From Takakia lepidozioides (taxonomy: Eukaryota; Plantae; Bryophyta): DNA of 64,000 nt. The notes below the pieces were generated by a model. The model searched no databases. It was not told where the DNA came from and worked only from the letters and a program-made list of their open reading frames with translations. Positions 24,795 to 36,236 of the stretch are shown one piece after another (the stretch's first letter is position 1; each line of letters opens with the position of its first letter). Made by a program: the position numbers and the translations under genes. Where the stretch lies: contig CM060731.1 of assembly GCA_030704615.1 (NCBI GenBank), positions 11,718,001 to 11,782,000 of the forward strand, in the 5' to 3' direction.

Positions 24795-26696
24795 GCATTC
24801 TTAAGCTGTTTACCATTTCTGGAAGCTCAATGAGCTGGTTTACAAAGGCACCTACCAATTACAGTTCAATTAAGAGGTTGTCATTATGGGAACCAATCCA
24901 TATCATTATGGTCATCACCTGTTTCTGTATCATTCATCAGCTTCCCAATCATGGGAGTTATGGAGTTGGATCTCTAACAACCAGCCATCTGGGAATGCAA
25001 TTTGTAGGTGTTGCCTCAATTATTAGACTGGTTGTTAATTTCTATTCTAGGGTTATCTTCTCCACATGTTTGCTTTATTGGCACAATTCAAAGTCATCTT
25101 TGCTGCAGAGCTTGGGATTGAAGAGGGCTCCTAGGATGTCCATCATGACAGGAGGTTGATTTTACTGGGTACTTTTGTCTTCAGGAAGTGCTGTCAGAAA
25201 GGCTAGGAGTATATTTTTCTTTTGCTGAAAATTTCACGGGTGTTCACTTTTTCATTCATACAGATGTTCTATGCTGTCCATTCACTGCTAATCATGCTGC
25301 TGGACAAAGGTAGGGAAGAGTCCCTTAAGTTGTGACAGCGTCCTGTCAACTTCATCTGAACCAAGGATTGATAGATGGTGTGGTTGCAATGCCATCATGT
25401 AAGCTTCTTGATGCTCGCGAACCTTCCTTTGAGTCAACTAAAGGGGGTTGGTTTCTGGATGCTAGATGTAGTCATGGATGCTTACTACAGAGTGTAAGCG
25501 ATTTTCGGATGTAGATATTAGGAAAATATTGTACACAGAATTTCTGCGGATCGTAAACTAATCCCACCAGAATGATTTTGTTGTACAGTTTCCTGCCAGA
25601 ACAGCCTGAGTTCATACATTGCACATAGCTGCTTGCACCTCATTGAAGAGATCTGCAATAAATGGGGCCTGCGTCCTTGCATGTCTGACGAATACTTTCT
25701 GTAATCCAGGTAACCATTTTGCAATTTCTTCACAGCTTTGCCCAACTCAGCATCAAAGAGGAGAACTTGAGAGGTCTGGAAAGTAGGGAAAATGAAGCTT
25801 GGTTTGGAGATCACAGATCACATGTACCCATGCCAAGTGTGGACATTTGTGATTGCAGTTTTGTGGGGTTAAAGAAGAGACCAGAAAGCTTGGAGATGGG
25901 GGTGGGGGTCTGGGCTGTTGTTTCACTTGTGCAAGGAAGACTGACTGTGCCTGATTAGATTGGGGAGAGAAAGAAGATCAATTGATTTGACACTTTGAGC
26001 AAGTTTGCAGTCTGCGCGCCACAAAGGTAGTAGTGAACGCAGGGCAGAATCCCAATGAGGCCAAAAGACAAGGCTGATCTTTGATGTGTGGAAGGACTAG
26101 CACTATTTGACTGCAAGGGAGACCCCCAGTCTGCATGCAACCCAAAGGCTTTTATCCCCAAATGCATGAATGCATCGGGAGTACTACTTGAACCATTTGC
26201 AGCTGTAATGAATGGTGTCACACAGACATTCAACTTGCTCACTGAACCAAACTTTCTTGCAAATGGTGCTCAGAATACTTGCAAAGCTGTCAATAGCTCT
26301 ACTGTCAGAAGATGGAGCAGCAGCATTTGATGATTTGCAAACAAATGATTTTTAAACTGCATGACTGTGGTTCATAGAAACTAAGGTATTCGAAGCAAAT
26401 GACAGGCCACCTTCCCCAGCCTATGCTGTTCCATCTTGTTCATAAGAGAGATGGAAACCAAAACCGACAGCCACGAAGTTCTGTGGTGGTTTCTATTGGA
26501 AAACCCATCTCTGGCACGCTTCTGAAATCCCCAAGGTGTGCATAATCAGCGCTACAGCTTGATCAAAAAGACAGTTTGGTTTACTGGATATATATTCTGC
26601 AAGCCCCTTCACCTACATGGAGTGCAAGTGCAACTGCATAAAGATTGGTAATTCTCAACAAAGTTAGACTCTGTAGAGAAACTGCTCCAAGAACTT

Positions 26697-28005
26697 TTAT
26701 GAAACACCCAGGAACTCTCCAGGTGTTGAAGCGGGATCAAGCTCCCAACACCCCTTGGGCAGCCCTGGCTTCTCTGAACCGAGGAGCCTATGGGTCGGTA
26801 TCTGGTGGGACAACCTCGGTACTACATCCTTGGGAGGAATCCAACTAGCTAACTGGCCACTTCCTTGCTTGAAAAGGGACTTGAAACCTGGCACTTTGAT
26901 CAACGGCACTACTTTCAGACCGTTTTCCTTCGAAAATCCACTCAGTACTTCAACCAACTCATAATCGAACTTAACATCATCTTCTTCATCCTGCATCTTC
27001 GGCTTCGGCTTTTCCCAGTCTTTGTACAGAGCCCATACCTGGTCTTTGCCAGGGTAATATTTGATGGATCCCCTTGCACCCCTCTCTATTTCCACTTTGT
27101 GAGAGAAGGAATTGAGTTCCTGGATAGAAATATGTGCAAACTTGTACTCTCCACAGGCGGCAGAGAGGCCTGCAGACTTGACCAAGCAATTGGCGCGAAG
27201 AGCAGGGCGGATGGGCTCCATCCATTGAACACCGACATTGAAAGGGGATAGAGAAAGCGATGCGATTCGACCATAATATCGGGGCATTCCATCTTGATCA
27301 TCATAAAGAGCCCAGAACTGATCAACCACCAAATCGTTTTCTGTGCGCCGGCCGTCAAATTCATAAAAATCTGGGCTCGGAACATTCATTTCTCTTCTGA
27401 TATCATGGCTCAGAGGACTATCTGCTGTGCAGTCTGTTGGAATGAGGGCCAGTGCTACCATGGCATGCTGTGAATTCTCCACTTCTGCTCCATTAGTGTC
27501 GCTCTTGTCCATGGAAGCAGCACTTCCTCTCTCACTCTCTTTCGAATGTTGGGGGGAAGCTGCCCTTACATTTTGCTTGCCCAATGACATTTGCTGAGTT
27601 CTTTCTTCACCGACCTCGGTGTTGGGAGACCCCACCAGTGTAGAAGGATTTGACAGTTTATTCGCTCTTGTCACTTCCTCTTCGATGTTATCCAGAGCTG
27701 CTTCCTCTCCTTTCTCTGCAGAAGCTTTTTGGGCCACCTTCTTCTGCTTTTTCCCAGACCTTTTCTTTGCGGCTGTTGTACTGGCCTGCCCTTTCCCCTC
27801 CAACACTTCCAACTCCTGCAGTCCTTTGAACTTCAAAATCGTCTTTTTCCTTCCTTTGGAATTTGGTGTCAGGTCTGCATTTTCTCTTCCATTTGCTGTG
27901 GCATGAGGGATTGGGGTCTCCTCCAAGCACCCCTCGATATTTACGGCGGCACTCGCCATTTCTTCTTGCCTCTCCGCTGCAGCTCTCAATTTGGACAGAG
28001 CTCTA
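26697..28005 (-). CDS. DUF3444-domain coding region (probably exon 2 of an XRCC4-DUF3444 fusion; alternatively a separate gene)
   Basis: VPSPDFYEFD...QFWALYDDQDGMPRYYGRI...FSHKV...YPGKDQVWALYKDW...YELVEVLS...LIKVPGFKSLF...RLSHQIP...GCWELDPASTP. Confidence 0.88.
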
Positions 28006-28008
28006 CTG

Positions 28009-28752
28009 TCAATGGTGAAGAGGATGGCCCCATGCGCTACCGGCAGCAAGTGTCAATGGTGAAGATTCGGCAGGCCCCATGCGCGGAGATTTCCTTGACC
28101 CTTTCTCAATGTTTTGATCCCCCTTTCGCTTTTCTCCGGTGAGTGACTCTTCTAGAGCTTCTATGGCTCTCTCTCCCTCAATTTCCTTTCGCTCCTCTTC
28201 ACTCTTCTTTATCAGGGAGAATAGCTCGGCTTCCACCTGCAACTTCTCCTGTTGAAGTTGTGTCACACTTTTCTCCAGTCCCGCCGTCATGCGGTCGTAT
28301 GAGCGCATCTTCCGGGCCAATTCCTTGTCAAGATCAGCGTAGTTACCCATCACGAACTCCAGCATTTCCAACATCACGTCTGGAACGGGCACTTTCGTCA
28401 GGGTCAGCTCTAAGGAGAACCCTGCAATTTTCTGTTTTGGCTCTACCTGTAGCAGCACCGTGTCGTCGGTACCGCAAAGCAAAGAGTAGGAGGAATCAGA
28501 ATGCTGCTCGCTGAGGAGCATGTGGGCCATATCAACATACTCGCTCCCTGTGACATCCCACAGTTTTGCACGCTCTGCAACAAACTCCTCTGAAGCCGAC
28601 AGTGTCCAAGCAGCGAAGCCATCGGAGATGGAGACAGAGAAATATAGAGAGAACCAGGTTCCTTTCACATACACCAAATCGTTCTCATACACAAATCCTA
28701 CTTTCTGCACATTCCGCAACTGCACACAGGTCTCGTTTCCCCTACCCGGCAT
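28009..28752 (-). CDS. XRCC4: XRCC4-like DNA repair protein (head domain plus coiled coil), divergent paralog
   Basis: TCVQL...VYVKGTW...SISDGFAAWTLSASEEFVAERAKLWD...EYVDMA...LEFVMGNYADLDKELARKMRSYDRM matches plant XRCC4 (TC.RL...IFVKGTW...VTDG..SW.CNA.EEEVAERAAQWD..SEY...LDFLMEAN..L.EEV..KTRSFEKM). Confidence 0.82.
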   Translation of the reverse strand: MPGRGNETCVQLRNVQKVGFVYENDLVYVKGTWFSLYFSVSISDGFAAWTLSASEEFVAERAKLWDVTGSEYVDMAHMLLSEQHSDSSYSLLCGTDDTVLLQVEPKQKIAGFSLELTLTKVPVPDVMLEMLEFVMGNYADLDKELARKMRSYDRMTAGLEKSVTQLQQEKLQVEAELFSLIKKSEEERKEIEGERAIEALEESLTGEKRKGDQNIEKGSRKSPRMGPAESSPLTLAAGSAWGHPLHH

Positions 28753-31346
28753 GTTGAGATATTTCGGGGCCTCCTCAATCTACCAAGAAGTCTTCACAGT
28801 TGAGTTCAGTGGGAAAATAGCGAGATGACGTGAAGGTGTGAATGGGTGGCGCAAAGCATCCAGTTTCAATTTGCCCGTCCCAACATACTTCGTAAATCTT
28901 TTCACTGAATCTTCTGGAAGCAACAACGACGCTGTGCCTTCTTCACCATCGCCTAGCACCGCAGGTACATCGACAACTGCTACTCCTAGCACTAAAAGAG
29001 AGTGTACCACTGTAAAGTCGGACGATCAAAACATACTAGTGTGCTGCTACCTTCAGCTACACAAACCACAGCTCCACCCAAACATGCAGCACGGGACAAA
29101 AATTCAACAAACTATCAAACCTTCGCCACTCGAGCCCTGACGTCCCAATGCAAACTGTAGATGTGGTTCTAAGAAAACAAGAGCAACTAAAGAAAGCTAC
29201 AAATCAAGCTCCTGCTTTGAAACTCCAATGCAACTCTTTGCACCGCTCAACAATCTCCTCCTCAGAAACCATAAACCCCTACAACCCGCACATCACTCCC
29301 TGCTACACACAATTCTATCACCCACATTCGTCTCACAACCAAATTCCGTGTTCAACAAGTATATAACCTCGGAATCACTCCTACAAGCAGTCACTCAAGC
29401 TTCCCCCGCACCCTGCCCAAATCCTAAGAACCTCCCACTCTCACAGACATTCAGTGCACACAGAAGGACGCCCAAGGCCTGAGCACGGAAGCCTCCCTGA
29501 CATGGCGGCAAGAAAACAGCGACCCACACTGAATTTCTGTGTACGAGCTTCTTCCCCCCCGCAAAAAAGCCTACCTCTGCTACTAATTAGGGCGGATGAT
29601 TAACCCTTAACACACACCAAAAGGAGGGCTTAAAACAGCATTTTGTGTGTAAGATGGAACCCCTGATCAGCTTGGGTAAAAGGCACAAAGAACCCAGATA
29701 TGATGATGATGATACCTACCTACTACTACATGGGCCAGTCCTCCCTTTCACAGTCATTGAAACAGCAGCCGTGCCCACAATGCGATGGACAATGACGCTG
29801 CAGCTCAGAGCTGTTCGCATCATGTCAGCGCAGCGCAGAGCACACTGACCACTCTGACCTCTGTGTTTACACCTCTGTACTCACCCTAGTGCAACCCATG
29901 TCTGCTTTCCTCCCACCTCACATTCCCACAACGAGTCGTGTTGATGTGACTGGAGGAGTGATGGCGAGCTGTGCGTCTTGTCTTTTGTACCTCACTGCTT
30001 TTCTTCTCATTCATCATCACTTACGCTCCTACGAACTCCGAAATGGAACTGCCCCAGAGGCAGCGAGGAACGGAGGCGAGATCCTCGTGAAGAGATGTCT
30101 CTTCCCTTTCTCGCAATTGTAGCCTCCACCAGTTGATGAAGCCTGTGTGAATGGTTGGTTTCAGATGGAACAGCAGAGGATCACAGCACCCTCACTTCTC
30201 TTCAATGTAGCACCACATCACTGTACTAGCACTAGACTCTTGAGCGAATTCTTCTAGTTGCATATCAGGGGATCCAGTTCCAACAATTCAGAGTAACAAC
30301 TTGGACACTCTATCAAATTTCTCTCTCAGCTTGTCAAGGTAGTGGGGCATATTCCGTCATAGCTATTACCCTCACCATGTTGTGTAGCTCGGGTGAGTCC
30401 CACCAGGTCGTACAACTCCCACAAAGCAAGCAAGAAAGGCTTATACGACCAACCACTCACAGAGCCTTACAGGTGCTTATTGACAAAACTATCTTCAAGC
30501 CTTAAGGACTTTTACTACATTTTCTACCCATCAACATTGTATGCAAGAATGAACGAAAATCAAGAGGAGACAGAAATGCGAAGACTGGGGGAGGCTGCCG
30601 AAGATTTTCGATACCCCACTAGGTGTAGAATACAGCATCTTCAATTAAAAGCAATTGAAAGGAAAACTGCAGAGCACTATCATTCCAAGCCCTAGGCTGC
30701 CGGTGAGATATGGAGGCATGCTATGCTGGCTAAAAGAAAATACATCGACGAGATCCTGTGCAACATTTGAATGTCAGCAGCAACTGTAGACAACTCCTAA
30801 CCATGCACAAATCACATGGAGCCAACACCTCTCTAAGCCTTTAGTTGTTGACACACGATACATGGCCAAAGGCAACCAGATACAATACGGAGCTCAAAAT
30901 TTACTACAAAACACAAAGCAAGCTCAAGGGTACCAGGGACACTGATCAAACTTGAGATTGGATCATTACAGAAAGCTGCCAATTTCAAATGACTCCAGCA
31001 GCAGTATACACAAGAGTTCCGACCAAAAGGTTCTACATTAAAAAAAAGCAAGAAACAACCTACTCCTCCAGGTTCTGATCAAAGAAGATCCTAATTGTGT
31101 GTTTGATACAGTTGTCTCATTCCTGTTCCAACAGTTCCTCTGTAAATCTCCAGCCCACTTGGGGTGAAGTGACGAAGGAATATAACTAAGGACCACAAAG
31201 CCCAATTAGATGTGCATATCAAGGGCAATGTAATCTTGCTGAGCATGGACTTCAGAGCTTCAAGAGGGCTGGTTTGGTAACGCAGGAATAATGCATTGCG
31301 AAAATGCACATGCAGAATCCATGTACATCACCCCAAAATCTTAACT

Positions 31347-34183
31347 TCAGTGAAGGAAGGATGCCTGGTAAGCAGGGGGAGGGGGTGGCAAGCCACTACC
31401 AAATTGATAGCTACTATATGTGCCAGTAGGATTATTGTAAGCAGAAGATCCATACACTGGCGATCCCAGGCCGTCAGAGGGGTAGAGGTAAGAGCTAGAA
31501 AGAGAGACAGGGCTCCGGTTTCCACCTGCGTATGTAGTAGTATAACCCCCTTGGCCCCGCCGATCATAATTATTCTGTGCTGCCAAACTGTAGGATGAGA
31601 CACCCACCGCGCCATACTGGCCCCTGTCTGAGGGTCGGTAGTAGCTTCTGTTGTCATTATTATTAGCACCACCACCAGAACCACCAGAGCCACCATAGTT
31701 CCCTCCACTACCATTGCTAGCACGAGGGCGTTTGGTTTGTGCTTTAACTGCCACAGCTGCCCTCTTCCTATCTGACTTGGCCTTCTCCAGCTGCACAACA
31801 CGCTTTTGAAGAGGCATTGATGGATATTGGCTTTCTAGTTGGTACTCCTCAATGCACTTGAGCACTGCCTTGAGAGCAGCTAACTCCTTCATTGTAGCAT
31901 CATTCTGCGGGCATTAAAAAAGCCAATTAGTTTACATCAAACCAACCAACACATAAATTGTCCACATCGATCTAAATACTTTCCAGAACTAGAGACTGTT
32001 CCATTGAGACTACCTGCCACATTGGTCTAGACAACAAGTCCCACTGAATAGCAGTGAACAACACTCGCAGCGTACACCTCTCATTCTCTCACCGTGAGGG
32101 TCAACACCCCACTGGAAACCCTTCACAGTCACCTTTTTCCCCACACATTCCCGCCAGTAGTTCCTCCCAGTCTGATACTGTATTGCTGCGACCAGTTACT
32201 CTAGGAAAATGCATACCTGAGCAGCAGCCGAGCTGTTTCCAGTTTTGAGAATAGACTGTGCCGTTCTTCGAGCTTCCTTGAGATATGCTTTCAACAAGGG
32301 AATGGGCTGAATGCGATCCATAATGCCGAAGGAGTGGGCAAAGGAAAGAGCCTCAATCTGCTTACCTTCTTTGGCCAGCCTATCCACAACATCTGTAGTA
32401 CAAGCAGAGAAGAAACCAACATGGAGTAGTATGAGTAAGTGTGGTTCTAGCTTAGCTAGCAAGGAGTTCCAGACAGATAGGCCACCTGCATCCATACAAA
32501 CAATTACAGGTTTGGCAACAAAGGCTGCAACCATGAAGCATTAATATGATAGACACACTTACCTGTTCCTCCTGTTAGACACTGCCTCCAGGATCACACC
32601 ATAAGTAGAAATAACTTTCAACATTGTATATGCAACCAAAAAACCAACTTCTTAGAAAAATCTGGAGCCTCACAATCAACTCGGCAGTAACCTACAATTT
32701 GACCACCGCAATCCTGGCATTCAGTCAAACCTGTTCTCCTGAACGATGTCCCAGAGAGTTCAAGGCAAGGCTGGGATAGATTTGGTGTAAAAGCCAATTG
32801 GATACCTATATAGGGAAAATGACGGATATAAGCCCGTCTGAAATGAATCCCATACTTCAAAAGATCCATGCCAGTCCAGATTGAGGCCCGTTATAGGCCT
32901 CATCCGTGTATAGCGGCTGACTTGAGGGGGAGACACCAACCTGGTATCTTGGCCGATAGTCCAAGGGACCGGCAGAGCACAGGTGTTTGCCTGCGTCTAG
33001 CAACGGCCGTGACGAGTTTGCACAGCTCGTCATCGTTATACTCTGAAGCAATCCCAAATGTTGCCAACAGCTGTAGAAAAGCCTGTGCATCCAATGAATT
33101 GCTTGCGGCATCTCCATGGACATTCATCTTGGACTTCCAATGCTCAGCGACCCGCTTGGCCAACTCCTTGATATTGGAGGGCACCACGGGATGGTCCGCT
33201 CCAAGTACAGGGTCTGCCAACACCACAGCCAGGCACTCCAAAAGAAGAATGCAGGCACGGCGATTAGCCGATGCCCCTGGCTCCTTATTCTTGTCAGGGC
33301 CCTGGCTCACCCCGGGCTCTGGAAGGTGGTAGCCATCCAAGGCACTTAGGACCATGCGCGCAGGGTCGATAGCACACTGCAGTGCAGCGGGCAGCTCATT
33401 TCGCAAGGCTCCCACATCTTTCCGATGGTCAACAATATACTTTCTCAGACTATCACCGTCCATGTTCTCGCACAGCGCCTTAAGCTGTGGACGCACCCTC
33501 ACTTCGGGTACTACTGGCTTGACGTGGGAAGTAATAGTAGTGGTAATAGTAGGATGATTAGCGTCCTTGCTAGCAGTAACTGGCCCATTTAAAGCCCCTT
33601 CCTTTCCCACAGAGCTTGTGCCTGCTGCGGCTGGGGTTGCGGCAGGTTTGGGAGAGTTTAGATCTACCTCCATAGCCTGAATGACAGAGCCATTTGCTGC
33701 ACCGTTAGCCTGAGTGGCTGCTGTGTAAGTCTTGGTATCTGCCTCAGGTTTAATGGTTACCGGCTCAGAAACAACGTGCTGAGGGGTTTTGGCAGCAGCT
33801 TCAGCTTCAAGGCGTGATCGCTCTTCCAGCCACTTGCGTTTCTCCTCAAAAAGGGATGCAATGGCAGAATCTTTCTGCTCTTGCACCCTAGAGAGCATTG
33901 CTTGCTCTCTTGACGAGACAGCCTCTTCCCTTTTATCAAGGGCCTCTTGTGCCTCCCGCGTCTTGATCTCGAACGACTTTTCCTTCACAGCCAGATCATC
34001 AAGGCGCGTCTGCACAGACCTCTCAAGTCCTGCAAAATACTCTTCAAACTCTTTCCATTCAAGAGTGTAGCTCGCAATGGCTGCTTTCTGGATCTCAAGA
34101 TCAGCAAACACTTTCTGCAGGCGTTCCTTTCTTGTTGGAACAGCCTCCAGAGTCAGGGGGAGAGATTCCACCTGAGTACCCAT
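31347..34183 (-). CDS. FRIGIDA-like protein (FRL4-type); exons 34183-32941, 32392-32217, 31904-31347
   Basis: LEWKEFEEYF, LCENMDGDSLRKYI, ELPAALQCAIDPARMVLSAL, RRACILLLECL, AFLQLLATFGI, LCRSLGLSAKIPDVVDRL...IEALSFAHSFG, KELAALKAVLKCIEEYQLE. Confidence 0.95.
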
Positions 34184-34909
34184 TGTCTAACCCTAACAGT
34201 CTGGAAGGCACACACACCCCCTCAGCAGCGCACAGAAACTATCACCACACTAGCAACGAGCCAGAAACACAGTCAACGGCACAGTCGTGCTTTGAGACTT
34301 GATTACATAACACTGGAAAAGACTTCTCAGCAGCATGTGGCGTCCAACAAAGCAGAATCCACCGTTTGCAGAAAACACACCAGCAAACCTCCAGAAAGAT
34401 AATAGACAAGCAATCCTGCGGCAACACCAACTAATACACAAGATAAAATCAAGAAGAACAGGGCACTTCAAACAGCATGAGCGCCTGGCAACACAGAACA
34501 AGAAGAAATCGATCCCAGCCGCAATATGTAACGCCTGCCTCTCGCGAAGATCGACACTGATCGACACTGAAGGAGCAAAAGCTTGGTCGGTGGGGCAACT
34601 TAACAGATAGGCACCTTTGCCACCATCCGATCTGAAATCCTGCGGCTCTAGGCCGCGCTCTGCGCTCTCTGTTTATAGATACATCCATCCTCCTCTGGCA
34701 ATCGGCCCTCCCTCACGACCTGCATCCACCTGTTTCATCCATCCATTACCCGCTTGTGCGCTTGCAAGTCGTTAAAGTCTGGTGTGGAGGTTCATGGCTT
34801 CGAGAGGTGCTCACTTGCAAGAAGCTTGCAGTGTGTTTGTGTTTGTGGTACCTAGACGCTGCCGGTCACGACTGTGCTCGAGACACCGAGGAAGATAATA
34901 GTCAGAAAA

Positions 34910-35713
34910 CTGCAGTGTGTTGATGAGATGCACTGAAGAATGACGGTCGAGGAAGCTGCATCGTTAAAAGGCCACTGTATCACAAACTTGGGATGTTCGG
35001 TGGCGGAGGCGTCCGTGTTTCCAGGGTTGGAGTCACAAACGTAAGTTTGTGATAAGCAGTGGTGAGGAAGCTGCATCATTCCAAGGCAGCTGTAGCACAT
35101 ACTTATTCATGTCTTACTATGGCCATAGTGTCCAGGTTCCATGTTGGAACAACTTGTAAAGTTTATGATACAACGAAGATGATGACATTCATGAAGCTGC
35201 ATCGTAAAAAAGAGGCATCTCTATTGAGATGTCCGATTCTTCTTGCAATCCATCTTGTAATTCACCTGTGCTGCAGTGTGTGAATGAGATGCACTGAAGA
35301 ACGACGGTGGAGGAAGCTGCATCGTTTAAAGGCCACTGTATCACAAACTTGGGATGTTCGTGGCGGAAAGTGTCCGTGTTTCCAGGGTTGGAGTCACAAA
35401 CGTAAGTTTGTGATAAGCAGTGTTCACGTTGAAGAATCTGCAGTTTTTGTATGACACGCTGAAGTATACGACGTCCAGGAAGCTGCATTCTGCTGATGAT
35501 GTCCTTAAGAAGGTGGCGGGTGAGGAAGCTGCATCATTCCAAGGCAGCTGTAGCACATACTTGATTCATTTTCTGACTATGACCATGGTGTCCGGTTCCA
35601 TGTTTGTGATACAATGAAGATGACATTCATGAAGCTGCGTGGTTCGAAAAAGAGGCATCTCCATTGAGATATCCGATTCTTCTTGCAATCCATCTTGTAA
35701 TTCGTGACCTGTG
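34910..35713. repeat. Tandem segmental duplication (~360-bp unit; second copy has an extra ~100-bp block)
   Basis: 34910-35270 versus 35271-35713 near-identical; recurrent GAAGCTGCATC motif. Confidence 0.9.
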
Positions 35714-36236
35714 CATGGTGAAATTCAAATGTTGTAACGACAATCATGCAACGAAGGAATGACGTGAGTTAATCTCAGTACATAACCACGTGAGATGTCA
35801 ATCCAAGAGGGACAAATATCTGATGCCCAAAACAAGGCAAATAATTGAAACACAGGTTGTACTGGACCCAGGGACACTTGTAAGCTCACATTCCCTCTCA
35901 CTTATAGCTCTTGACATGGGGCTTACGTCTCGGGGCCCGCGAAGAAGAATATCACCGGGTGTTTGTAGCTGTCAAACGCATTAGTTGCAATGGTGTTTTA
36001 TTTTGATGGCAAAGCTCAGTTATTCCCCCTATCTATGCTCTAGGGTAGCTCAGTAGAGAGTAACACAAGTACATCCCTGGGTAGAAAAAAGAAGAACCAT
36101 TCTACATACATCTAGGAACATAACAAAGAAGACATAACATCGGGTAAGTACATCTAGCGACGGAAGTAAAGATAGGACAAATGCATTTAGTGGTCGCCCT
36201 GACCTCACTTCTCTAACCATTTCGGCGCACAGAAGC

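Noticed and set aside
28780-29010. ORF upstream of the XRCC4-like gene as an extra coding exon
   Set aside because: Ends in a stop with no convincing splice link; more likely 5' UTR or a uORF
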